Assembly: GCA_017654855.1 (NCBI GenBank)
Contig: CM030333.1
Coordinates: 3,782,001-3,846,000, forward strand
From: Podospora anserina
Taxonomy: Eukaryota
Direction: 5' to 3'
DNA length: 64,000 nucleotides
A program made the position numbers and the translations under genes. Shown here piece by piece: positions 49,301 through 61,742 of this stretch. Below the pieces are notes generated by a model that was not told where the DNA came from, searched no databases, and saw only the letters and a program-made list of their open reading frames with translations. How positions within the stretch are numbered: the first letter of the stretch is position 1; each line of letters opens with the position of its first letter.

Positions 49301-50769
49301 TCGGCCATCTTCACAAAAGCTCGCTCCTGTCCGGAGCAAAACAAAAAACGATGGCTTCATTCTGAGCCTCAACAGGACATTCCTGTTTTCTTGTAGAGTG
49401 GAATTATCAAAGCACCCAGTTTGGGCCCATTATCATCACCGCAATCTCGGCGGCTTCTAACATCGAGTTCAGCTCCCCACTGGAACACAGAAAAGCGCGC
49501 TCGAGAATTCACCATTGCTCCCACGCTAATCTCAGTGTCCAGCGCCTGGCCAGGGCCCCCCTTTTTCCTAGTCCAAATTTGGCAGCCAGCCTAGCAACTA
49601 TCAGAAAACTGTTAAGCCTTACGAGTTTTGCGAGCGCCAATCAGTCAGCCACCGGCTGTGGCTTGCTGCGCGCGGCCAATACATATCTCTTAATTTTACC
49701 AGCAAACAAACATGGCCGTATGGTTATTCATCGCTGATCTGGACCCGACAGGCAGGATACCTTCGCCATCTGTCTCATGAGTCTCATGAATGAGCCCTGT
49801 TAAAGATGATCGACCGTAAACCACAGCTGACAGCGATCATCGGTGGACTCTCTGTTCGGATCTTTCCAGAGCTTAATTTTTTCGTCTTGATGGGATCCAC
49901 AGGCACCAAATGGACCCCTGCTGCATCACTGCCCAGTCGATCCGCTGGAACGAGCTGGTTTCCGAGCTGATGTTTGGTGGATGGGGGTCGTGCTATCCGT
50001 GCCGATTGCTACCCCGTACCCAATTTGAGAATCCCTCGCGAGGGTCCCTCTTTCTTGTACCCACCGGCTTTATACGTCTAGATTCTGCCTTCTTGTTCAT
50101 AATTGCCTCTGGACTTTTATCAGGCGATCGAGATGAATTGTAGAACCGATACCTAGGTTACAATTCTGCCAGCACTGCAGCCGGGCACAGCCGACCCGGG
50201 AAGCCATGCGTAAATATAGTTGGTCTGCATGGTATTTCCATTTACACCACGCTTAACGATAAACAGGGGTGGTGACAGAATAGGCTAGCAGGCCTTTCAG
50301 CGCGGGCGCCAACCCAGTCTTGGGGAACGCCTGGTACCTTGGCAATGGCATCAGTGCACGAAGGGGAGGGTTGATGGGCGGCACGCTGAGCTGTCACAGC
50401 TTGACCCCCTGCTCTGTTTTCTCTTTTGATTGCTACCCGCACCTATACAGGGCTCAACCCCCCCCCCTCCATTCCTTCCAGTGTCACTGGACTTGTTTTT
50501 CCTTTCCTTCGTTTCGCTCTTTGAGGTCCGGATTGACTCAAGATCCAACCCAACCTTGTTGCTCACATACCACGAGTTCGAACTTCGAGGGTTGCCTTCC
50601 CCACCCTAAGGGTCTCCTGGCGCACCTCGATCCGTGTTTACGACGAAACCTAATCGGACTGTCAGACCTCTTTACTCCGGTGCTCGAGACCAAACAGAGG
50701 GAAAGCCTTGCCCTGACATCTTGGGAGGTAGGGCCATTGGTTCCTGCCACCACGAGATAGGCCGGCAAG

Positions 50770-53709
50770 ATGAAGAAATTCCAGTCGTACTTTACGCCTG
50801 CTACGGGTCCAGATGATCAGCCAGGGAGTACGGACGGGGAGAAGGTAAAGGGGGGCCGTGGGAAAAAGCAGGGGACCAAGCCGACTACACACCAACTTCA
50901 GCCAATACAGCCGCGAGGAAGACAACCACCACCGCCCTCCGAAGCAACATCTGGACATGCCACTCCTCAGGTTGCGTCCGGCGGGGCGAGTATGCTGTCT
51001 GTTCCAGACGCGGCGACGGTTCGGTCAGGCTCCAAACGAAGTCCAAGCAGATCCCGAGCCTCGTTTCGACACTCGGTATTCCCAGCAGGTGACCAGCGGA
51101 ACCATGACACGGGCACCATTATGGAAATCCGAAACGACATGATGGTCAATTGGCTGTACGAGCAGCAACTCCGGAAACAGTACGCCAGCGGAATGGATCC
51201 CTACGAAGGTGTTGTTTTGAAGAAGACCCGGGGCAACTTCACCTGCTGCCCCCCCCAGATGGCTGGCATTCCCGAATCGCTGTACGCCATGGTCTCCCAA
51301 ATGAACGTACGCTGCGCCATGACGGTCAACACGCCCGTTGTGAGGGCGTTGATGGACTCGATCGTCACCAAAACCGATATCGACTATGTGCCGCTTCCCG
51401 ACGGGCTCCGAGTCCAGATTTTGCCTTCCATGGTGGATCTTCCGAGGGGTCAGTTGCATCACTTTGCGGCCTTTATTGAGGACGTCAGGATGCTGGTTGT
51501 GTGGGACGATGAGCCCGAGAAGCTGTTGGACAGGGCTCATACTCTGGAACAGAGGTTTATTGAGATCATTTGGGGGAAGGGGGAGGAGGGCGAGGACGAC
51601 GAGAAAGACGAAAAGAACATGGCAAATGTCAATGTGGACGAATTGGACCCGAACCAGCTGGAGGGTGCTCCTGAGAAACGGCCCATCAGGTTGGAAAGCG
51701 CCATCATTGTGACACTCACCATGATTCTCTGGATCGTATGCTCGGGATTGGGATGGAGAGCATTGGCATACCAGTCTGCAGTGGATGGTACCTATCTCAG
51801 ATTTGCGCTGCTGGCCGTCTGCCCACTGCAGATGTTTGTCAGTCTGTTCTTCTTCCAGTCAATTGTCAGCAACCTTTTCCAGATCTTTGGCCCCATTTCA
51901 GCAGTCGCAAACAACAGCAAGTACTACAGCGGAAAGCCACCCCGCCGGCTCAATCGCGATGCCAACGCTCTTCCTCATGTCACAATCCAGATGCCCGTGT
52001 ACAAGGAGGGCTTGAATGCTGTCATTCAGCCCACGGTTGTGTCCCTCAAGGCGGCCATTAGCACATACGAAATGCAGGGTGGATCGGCCAACATCTTTGT
52101 CAACGACGACGGTATGCAGCTCATCTCCGTGGAGGACGCCCAGGCCCGCCGCGACTTTTATGACGAGCACAACATCGGCTGGGTGGCGCGCCCACCTCAC
52201 AATCCCAACCCCAAGGAGGAAGGCGAGCTCAAGTTTATCCGTCGCGGCAAGTTCAAGAAGGCCAGCAACATGAACTACGCTCTGCGCACCAGCAATCTCG
52301 TGGAAGCCAAGCTCGATGCTATCCAGCGGGGTCCTAAGTGGACCAACGAGCAGGAGACAGCTGCGTACCGCCAGTGCCTTGCTGAGGTTTTGGATGGTGA
52401 TGAAGGCCGGACTTGGGCTGATGGCAACATTCGCGTTGGCGACTACATTTTGATCATCGACTCCGATACTCGTGTTCCCAAGGACTGCTTGTTGGATGCT
52501 GTTAGTGAGATGGAGCAGAGCCCCGAGGTCGCCATCATCCAGTTCCAGTCTGGTGTCATGAACGTTACCAATTCATTCTTCGAGAGAGGGTAAGTCGTTT
52601 TTCGGGGCGGGAGGATGAAGACAAAGGGCTAACTGTGCTTCTAGCGTCACATTTTTCACCTATCTGATTTACACGTGCATCACTTACGCCGTTGCCTCTG
52701 GCGATGCGTGCCCCTTCGTCGGACACAACGCTGTGCTCAGATGGTCAGCTATCCAGGACGCCACTGCATACACCGATGAAGACGGCTATGAGAAGTATTG
52801 GTCTGAAGCCCACGTGTCGGAAGATTTCGAAATGGCCCTCCGCCTCCAGGTCGCCGGCTACACGCTTCGCTACGCCTCTTACACCGGCGATGGATTCAAG
52901 GAGGGTGTCAGTTTGACCGTCTATGACGAACTGGCCCGCTGGGAAAAGTATGCCTTTGGCTGCAACGAGCTTTTGTTTCATCCTCTCCGATTCTGGATTG
53001 TCAGGGGCCCATTCACTAGTCTCTTCCGGGAGTTTATCTGCTCGAGCATTCCGCTGCCCAAGAAGATGACCATTATGGCTTACGTCGGCACCTACTACGC
53101 CATTTCTGCAGCCTGGTGCATCACCCTGGCCAACTACTTTATCACCGGCTGGTTTTATGGCTTGTATGACAAGTATTATCTGGATTCGTTCGCCATCTAT
53201 GTTTCCATCGTGGTTGTCTTCAACGGTCTTGGTAACGTTGGGTTGGCCGTGCTGCGGTACCGGTTGAGTGAGAAGGGTCTTCTCAGTGCCTGTAAGTTTT
53301 CATCTGCTTGGCTTTATCATGCGGCTTGCAGCCCACTAACTTCTTTCCAGTCTGGGAGTGTATCAAGTGGATTCCAATGTTCACCATCTTCCTGGGCGGT
53401 CTTTCTCTCCACACGGCCCAGGCTATCTTGTGCCACTTTTTCGAAATCGAAATGATCTGGGGCGCCACGGCAAAGGAACTCGAAAACTTGAGCTTCGGCA
53501 GCGAAATCCTGCGCATCATCCGCAAGTTCAAGTTCACGTTCGTGTACTGCTTCCTCTGCACGGCGCTCATGATCTGCGGCACCACCGTTTTTCCCCACCA
53601 GTGGCGCATCGGCGAGTTTTACGCCATCTACCCTCTCTCGACCACCGTGGTTGCTCATTTCTCCCTGCCTGTGTTTTTGAACCCGGCCTTGATGAAGTTC
53701 ACGTGGTAG
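50770..53709 (+). CDS. Membrane-bound processive GT2 glycosyltransferase (cellulose-synthase-like)
   Basis: Exons 50770-52589, 52645-53291 and 53351-53709. PHVTIQMPVYKE, VNDDG, KKASNMNYAL, IIDSDTRVP, FVGHNAVLRW, VSEDFEMALRL and ELARWEKY, flanked by TM helices. Confidence 0.9.
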
Positions 53710-54345
53710 TTTTGGGGAGAGGCTTTTGGGTATCTTTTTTTCTTCTCATGACTCAGAAAAATGGGTAATCGTTAATGATGTTATTGTTACTTTTCGAGCG
53801 GACGATATATACTTGATAGATTTTTTCTTGTGATCTTTCGGACTTCTTTACAGCAATGATTGGGTTATCTCAGGGAATGGGAGTTTTGGAGTAACACAGC
53901 TTACGGTGAGCTGAAGATGGGGTGGAATATTAAAGATGGAAACCGACTGTATACAAGACAACTCATATTCTCTTACCACTTGTATTCTTTTTTGATAAAT
54001 TTCAATTGAGAACCATGACATAGAAACTTGCTTCTTTACATATGCGAGATACAAGTGGGGGTTGGCAGGCTGAGCCCAAGTGTCAAAATCAAAGTTTTTC
54101 AAGCATTCAACTTCCTATCTCGGCTGCGGCAAGCTGCGGCAAACTGCGGGAAGCGTATCGAGATACCTGCGTGCTCTTGGGGTGACATTGGCGGCGACAA
54201 GAGTGGTGATGGAGCGGAAGGTGTGAGCCCCGATAAGAAAAGATAAGCACCGCCAAGCTCACAATTCTTCGTTGGAGAGGGGCGCCACCCGCGCGGCGCG
54301 CACACAATCAAGACGATCAAAACGGCCCCGCATGGGTGCCCCTCC

Positions 54346-54429
54346 AAAAATTTTCCCCTCCATCATCTGCCACCAGCCAGCCCCTGCGGGCTATTATCCG
54401 GCTCTCTTGTAGCAAAAAAAAAATGACTC
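54346..54429 (+). promoter_or_regulatory. RRPE-like AAAAATTTT and a TGACTC (Bas1/Gcn4-type core) upstream of ADE4
   Basis: AAAAATTTT at 54346-54354, and an A-tract followed by TGACTC at 54424-54429. TGACTC is the element that regulates yeast ADE genes. Confidence 0.4.
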
Positions 54430-54831
54430 CAGAATATGGATCTCGTCTTGACCTCGTCCTCCGCTTGCCACTGCTTTTCCCAGCCTCTGGTTGGTCGCTT
54501 TCTGTCTGGGGATAACCTCTGGGGTTGACATCTCAGTGTTCTGGACTTGCCTTGTCAGTGATCCCTTGTTGACTTGTGATATTTTCCTGCCGAACCCGAT
54601 CTCGGTGTGGTGTCCGTACCCATCATCTCAACTCACGACTCCTCCTCGACCTCCTCTCCTCCTCGGCCAAAGTCAAGCCTTTCCACTTCCGACTGCCGAT
54701 TCTATTACCTATAGGCTTTTTTCCCGCGACGAATTCTTCGCTGGAAACTTCGTCGTCACCCATTGCCGATCGTCGACCGCAGTGTATGTGTTGCGCGCGC
54801 ATACCGATACATATAGGAAACAGCAGCCACA

Positions 54832-56669
54832 ATGTGCGGTATCCTTGCTCTGATCCTCGCCGACTGGCAGGCCACTGACGCCGCCTTCGACTTACACGAG
54901 GCTCTGTACTATCTTCAACATCGCGGCCAAGATGCTTGCGGTATCTCCACCAGCGCCGTCGGCGGCAGGATATACCAGTGCAAGGGCAATGGCATGGCCG
55001 CCAAGGTCTTTGAGGATGGCAAGCGCATTGCTGATCTTCCTGGCTACATGGGCATTGCCCATCTCCGGTATCCCACCGCCGGAACCAGCTCCGTAGGTCC
55101 ATCATCTTGTTCCAATGGTGTTGTCTAACCTAACTGACACCCTGGTTGCGCATAGAGCGCCGAGAGCCAACCTTTTTATGTCAACTCTCCCTACGGTATC
55201 TGCTTTGCGCATAATGGTAACCTGATCAACGCCCCCGAGTTGCGCAAGTTCCTCGATCAGGAAGCACACCGTCATGTCAACACCGACTCCGACAGCGAGC
55301 TCATGCTCAACGTTTTGGCCAACGCTTTGAACGAGACTGGCAAAGCCCGTGTGAACACCGACGATATCTTCAACGCCCTGGCCGAGACCTACAACAGATG
55401 TCAGGGCGCCTGGGCTGGCGTTGCCATGATTGCCGGTTTCGGTGTGCTCGCCTTCCGTGACAGCTGGGGCATCCGCCCCCTTGTCATGGGCTCCAGGCCC
55501 TCTGCCACCCAGGAGGGTGGCATCGACTACATGTTTGCGTCAGAGAGCATTGCGCTTCGCCAATTGGGCTTCAAGAACTTCCAGGATATTCTCCCCGGCC
55601 AGGCCGTTTTTATCCAGAAGGGCGGCCAACCCCAATTCCACCAGGTCACCCCGATCAAGGCCTACTCCCCCGACATCTTCGAGTACGTCTACTTTGCCCG
55701 TCCAGATGCGGTCATGGATGGCATCTCGGTCAACGAGAGCAGACGGATCATGGGTGCCAAGCTGGCGGACAAGCTCAAGGAGATTCTCGGAGAGGAGGGC
55801 ATCAAGGAGATCGACGCCATCATTCCCATCCCAGAAACTGCTTCCACCAGCGCGCAGGTGGTATCGGACAAACTCGGGATTCCCTTCTCCAACGGCTTCA
55901 TCAAGAACCGTTACGTCTACCGTACCTTCATTCTCCCCGGGCAAAAGGCCCGGCAAAAGAGCGTCCGCCGCAAGCTCAGCGCCATGGAGTCCGAGTTCAA
56001 GGACCGCGTGGTTTGCTTGGTGGACGACTCCATTGTCCGCGGTACCACATCTAGGGAGATTGTCAGTATGGCCCGCGAGGCCGGCGCCCGCAAGGTCATC
56101 TTTGCCAGTTGCGCCCCGCCTATCAAGTACCCTCACATCTACGGCATCGATCTTGCCTCTCCTCAGGAGCTTATTGCGCACGAGAAGACGAGGCAGGATA
56201 TTGCCCGCCACATCAACGCTGATGAGGTTGTGTACCAAGATTTGGACGATCTCAAGGCGGCGTGCACTGAGGCGAGCGGAGGCAAGATCACTGAGTTTGA
56301 GGTTGGCGTGTTCTGCGGCGAGTATCAGACCGATGTGCCAGATGGGTATTTCGATCATCTGAATGAGCTCCGAGGAAAGAAGAGGGAGGCCGCGCCTACT
56401 GCTGGGGGAGAGACCGTCGTTGCGAGCGGCGGGCCAGTAAACGTGGCCAACGGCGAGAAAAGTGTACAGTTCAAGATTGACTTGTCGGGGGTGACACCTG
56501 GGGGATTGACTCCTTTGACTGAGGAGGCTGTCAAGGGGACTGCGGCAGTTAGCCCGGATAACAGGCAAGATATTAGGTGAGCTTTCTTGTTGGCAATTCG
56601 GCTGTTTGAGAGTTTGACTAACGTGGTAGTAGCATCCACAACTTGGCAACTGATCCCAATAACCGGTAA
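54832..56669 (+). CDS. ADE4: Amidophosphoribosyltransferase (PurF)
   Basis: Exons 54832-55092, 55156-56576 and 56633-56669. N-terminal MCGI nucleophile, [36 protein letters not shown] and [12 protein letters not shown]. Confidence 0.97.
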
Positions 56670-57524
56670 ATGATGTGCTGGTAATGATTTGTGATATGGC
56701 ATGGCGTGTTTGACGGCCGGGGGGTATTTTGCACGTTTTGCTCGGTTCGATTCGTTGTACATTCGCTCACTTTGGGGGTTTCACCTGGCATGATACAAAA
56801 AAAGATACGATACACTATCAAGAGGGATAGAAAAAGACAGACGGGACGGTTGGGGAAGACGATCCATGGGGATGTATGGTATGCATCCGAACAGGGCGAA
56901 CAGGGCGGTTGGGTCAAGTTTTGATGTTGGGAATGTATCAAACCGCAGAGCAAGCAGGTGTGGGTTTTTGATAGAGCAAAAAAGAGAAGATGCGCAAGAT
57001 CAAAAGAGACAATCCTATTGTTTGGCATTGGCGTGACACTAGGAAGCGTGATTTCGGTGAGTAGCCTTATTTTGTGTCCGGTGAACTCATTCGAGATGGG
57101 GCCAGCAGCGTCACGCAGCAGATGGACTGACCTCGTGACTGGGAGAGCAGGTATCTAGCCGGCCTTGTGGGGTTTTAGGATTCTGGGGTAAGCTCTTGGG
57201 CGGCAGGTGGTCAACTTTTTTGCTTTGTCTCTGAAGTTAAATACCTGACCCAGGCAGCAAGGCAAGACTTTGGGTTGAAAGTGAACTTTTGGCAAGCAAG
57301 GCTTTTCTTGATTGTCAAGGCAGAGGATACTTTTTCGTTTGACGCGTTCACACGGCAGAAAGGCAAACATTGCTTTTGACTTTGGCATCGCGACTACAGG
57401 AATCACAACAGTTGGCGTTTTTCCAACTCAAAGTCGCAAGTCTACCGGAAATACTACTTTATCCACAACCAACCCAATATTAGCAGCCTATCTTGTTTTC
57501 TTCAAGCTGAAGAAAGCACCCAAC

Positions 57525-57829
57525 ATGACGACCGACTCTACGACTCCTCCTGCCGCCCAGGCAGAGGGTGAGAAGACCACAACAACACCCAAGAAAGTAA
57601 ACACAACCGCCCCCCTCAGGTCAAAGTAGTACACTGACAGAACGACCAGACCCGGTCCTCCAAGGATAGTAGCAGCGTTGCTACCAGTACCACCGCTAGC
57701 AAAAGTGCTGCTGTCAGCGCTGTTGATGCCTCGGACAAGTCAAAGGAGAATGTGAAGGCCTCCCTTCCGTATTCGATCCCCAAGAAGCCGACCAGCTCGG
57801 AGATGTATTCGGCTTGTCATTATGACTAG
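57525..57829 (+). CDS. Small Ser/Thr/Lys-rich hypothetical protein (83 aa)
   Basis: CAAC-ATG start and an intron at 57597-57649 (GTAAAC...CTGAC...CAG). Product MTTDSTTPPAAQAEGEKTTTTPKK|TRSSKDSSS...LPYSIPKKPTSSEMYSACHYD*. Confidence 0.6.
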
Positions 57830-59615
57830 ACTTCTTGGTCAATATGGGGACGGACATGATTAAGTCATATGGGAGCAGAGAATTGCGAAATTTTGGGGAG
57901 TGCTATGGTGTCTAGGTTGGGGAGAAATCTCGGGTTTTTGTGATCACGACAACAGAGGTGAGGGTAGTAGTAACTCACTGCCATGATAGTATCATCATTC
58001 TTATCTTTTTTTATCAAATTGCCACATTTTTTTGTGCAAGGGTGTTAGTCGAGCATGACCGCTATGAAAAGATATCCCTTTATAACAGCAAGACGGCTCT
58101 TTCGACAGAAGTGACTGGATTATAAGTTTCCTCTTACAACTCGTTCCATTTATGGAGCTGCTACTTTGCTTGGAGCACCCCTTCTCATCATCGTTCTCAG
58201 AAGATCCCCCAGATTGCACGCAGGTCTGTTTACTGGATGTCAGTGACTTCTGGTTGTCATGTTGCTGTCTGGGAAGTGGCGAGGGTGGCAACACTTCGTC
58301 ACTTGTGCATGGCCATAGGCATAGCATAGCAAAGCATAAAATAAAATAAAAATCAATCAGAGTGAGAGGGAAGGAGCAGACTCACCAGGTATTTACTTTG
58401 ATTTTCTGGCTGCGTCTTCCATCCGTTGATGAGCCCTTCATGATTTGCTGAGTACCTCTCTGAGGCATGTGTTAACAACACAGGCATTCACAAATTAAAA
58501 TCCGAGGTCCAGACTTGGCCTTGGGCAAGCCAGGTTGACTTTTTATATCTTTTTGCCGACCCGGTTTTTTTTTTTGGATTTGAAACACCGCAGAATAGCA
58601 GGCCACCATGGCGCAAGCTACCACAATCGAACCTCGCTGGTACCTCTGCCACTAGTAGCCACTAACAGCCACGTTGCTCCAATTTGAGGGAACCCAATCT
58701 TTGCTTGTGGTGCAGTGGGATGTAAAACTGATGTGGCTGTCTGTCTTGGCAAACTCTAGGTCAAGAGACGTTGTTGTTCGGATTCCCTCTGGCTACTTGT
58801 TCTTCTGAGGTTTTCCACCCTGCACCTTAGGCATACTTTCATTCATGAATGAAATGAACGGAATCATCTTCTTCCTACTAGAGCCAGATAAAAAGAATCA
58901 ACGAATAAATGGGCGCAAGGCATCGTCTGATGTACCGAGGTATTGTTGAGCTGGTGGTTGCTCTGGATTCCACAATGGCTCTTTCCTTTCCTCCTTCTCA
59001 GACTTTTCCTCCGTCTCCACAGTTCAGCTTTGCTCTCAGGAACTCTCTGACCGTCCATTCACATGCCGTTATCCAGATACACTTGAATACTCTGCATTGA
59101 TGCGCAGGCCTAGACCACTTTCTGTCCGGTTCTGGTGCCAGCCACCCACACCTAGCTTTCACATCCAGATGATAGAGGCTTCAAGATTCACCCAGCCGAT
59201 CAATAAACATCCACTTGAGTGTGCCAATCGGTTTGATAGGTGGTCTGACCTCAGTCATCAAGCTTGCGACAGCCCTGAGGGTCACAGGCAGCTGACCCAC
59301 ATTTATGAAAACGGTGTAAGACCATTGGCTGGGCTGAGAGCAACATACTGACATCGGGCCCAGGCACAAGCCATCCCACACCTGGGATTCACTCCAGCAA
59401 TTGGGAGGTGTGATCTTTCCGCCTATTTGTTGGTTAGGTATCGTCACCGTGTGCCAGGCGTGTGCCACCTGTGATTTTCCAGTTGATATTTTCCGCCACT
59501 TTAAGTGGTCGAATCGCATCAGCAACAAGCAACAGGCATCAACAGCCAACAACGGCAGACGGCGGCGCCAGATAATCAAGACAGTTTCGACCATCGCTAA
59601 CGCCAATTGAGAAAA

Positions 59616-61360
59616 ATGTCGCTCGTGTCGGGCACGCTACTGCTCTTCGTGGCTTGGCTAACGTGGCGTGTGTGGAAGTTCACACTGTCACCTCTGACCA
59701 GGCCGAATGAGCCGAGAGAGCTGCCATACACAATTCCTTGTAAGTCTTGTCTGCTTCAAACATTCTCCTGAGTCTGATTACTGACTCCAGAAAAGTCATT
59801 GGCCATGCAATTTCATTGTTCATGAACTCGACTGCTGTCTTGACAAAAGGATGGTATGCTTCCCAGGACACTTGAGTCTAGAAGAAAATCACACTGACGC
59901 TCTGGAAAGGAACAAACTGTCGGGCGATAACCGTCAGCCATACGCTCTCCAGGCAGCTGGAACATCCTTCTACGTCATATCCCACCCTAAACACATAGCC
60001 GAGCTATCCAGGAACACGCAAAACTTCTCCTTTGTCGAGTTTTCAGTCGACATTGTCAAAGCCACCGGCATGAGCCCCGAGGGCATTGCGAAGACCTATA
60101 ACCTCGACCCAGATGCTCTCGATGCCAAAGTCGACCATTTCAAGCACCCTATGAAGGACAAGCATTTCGAGCATCTCAACCGCCAGCTGCATACCACGCA
60201 ACTATCTCCGAGTTCACAGAACAACAACTTACCCTCCCTCGATCAGACCATTCTCACATGGCTACAGAACCACTTGACTATCCCGAATCTCCAAGAGTAT
60301 TCCCTGGTTCAGAATGATCTTGAGGTCAATTTCTATGAGTTCGTCAATACGGTCTTCATCCGCGCAGGCGAGAATGCGTTTTTTGGTCCCGCCCTTGCCA
60401 GAAACCACCCCGACGTGGCCCACGACTTTCAGATCTACGACGAGCTCCACTGGAGAGACCTGTATCTGTTTCCTCCGTTCTTGGCTCCAGAATTGACCGC
60501 AATCAAGGGGAAATTGACAGCGCAGTTCAAAAAATATCTGGCCCTGCCCAAACAGGAGAGAGACAAGCAAAACCCAAGCTGGTTCACCCCCAATTTTGAA
60601 CTCGCTCTAGACAAGCTAGAAGTAGGCGAGCAAGACAAGGCGGTTTTCTTCCTGATGCTCTATCTTGCGTACGTACACCATGCCTTGCCCCCAATTTCTA
60701 CCACACACCGCTAACAATTTCCGGTCTCGCAGAACAAACACCAACACCCCCAAGCTCCTCTTCTGGTGCCTCGCCCATCTCCTCTCCTCTCCGGCAACCT
60801 GCCTCGACAAAATCCGCGCTGAAATCAGCCCGGCATTCACAGGCGATGAGCTGACCGACCCTTCCTACCTCCTCACCCCGGGGAACTGTCCCACCTTTGA
60901 GTTCTTCTATCTCGAAGTCCTCCGCTTCAGAAGCCACTCCGTTTCCGCCCGCGTCGTAACAGCTGACACCGTCCTTCCTGCCCCTGGCTCGTTTCTCTTG
61001 CGCAAGGGGGCAAAAGTGTTGATCCCGTACAGGGTGTTTCACTTTGATGAGACCATCTTTGGGAAGGATGCCAAGTTTTTCAAGCCGGAGAGGTGGGAAA
61101 GCTTGCCGGCGTCGGCGAGGGGGGTGGTGAGGGCTTTTGGTGGGGGAAAGAGTATCTGCCCGGGGAGGTACTTGGCCGAGAGGGAGGTGAAGAAGGCGGT
61201 GGCGTTGATGATGAGGAGGTTTGACTTTGAGGTTTTGGCGGAGGGGGGCCCTGGTAAGTGGATGCCAAAGGGGGATGATAGTAGGCCTGGCGTGGGGATG
61301 ATGGGGATTGAGAAGGGGGGTGATTTCAAGGTTAGGGTTCGGAAAAGGGAGGTAGTCTGA
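59616..61360 (+). CDS. Cytochrome P450 (CYP7/prostacyclin-synthase-like, I-helix ..NT type)
   Basis: Exons 59616-59739, 59796-59853, 59910-60668 and 60733-61360. N-terminal TM anchor, ELPYTIPFIGHAISL, I-helix ATNTNTP, EVLR (ExxR), PERW and the heme motif FGGGKSICPGR. Confidence 0.93.
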
Positions 61361-61742
61361 TGGCGGTGATTTGAGCAGATGGTCTTGCGTTAGCCGAGAG
61401 CTTTAGTAATGGGTTGAGACATGGCCTATGGGCCAGTTTGACCATGGAGTTAGGCTTGCCATTAGGGCATCGTAAAAGAGCAATGCTTTCTACAGGGGTC
61501 CTTTTGTTTTACCAATAGCTTGACAACCATCTTTGCTTTTCTCAGTCATACACTCGCAGATTCCCTATAAAGTATTCCACAAACTTCCGCAATGTATCCA
61601 TAATGTATCCCCCAAGACTCACACTCGTCTCATACCTGTGCCGCCCTTGAGGATAACCCAGACATCTTAACCACTCTTTTGGACAGAATGTAGAGTCCGG
61701 CGTGCTGCCTACTCAGGAAGTGCCGCTCACTGATGGCGCTCC

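Noticed and set aside
58001-58441. Possible small spliced minus-strand gene (ATG at 58441, donor GTGAGT at 58385)
   Set aside because: The acceptor is ambiguous (one choice gives an immediate stop) and the product has no recognisable features.
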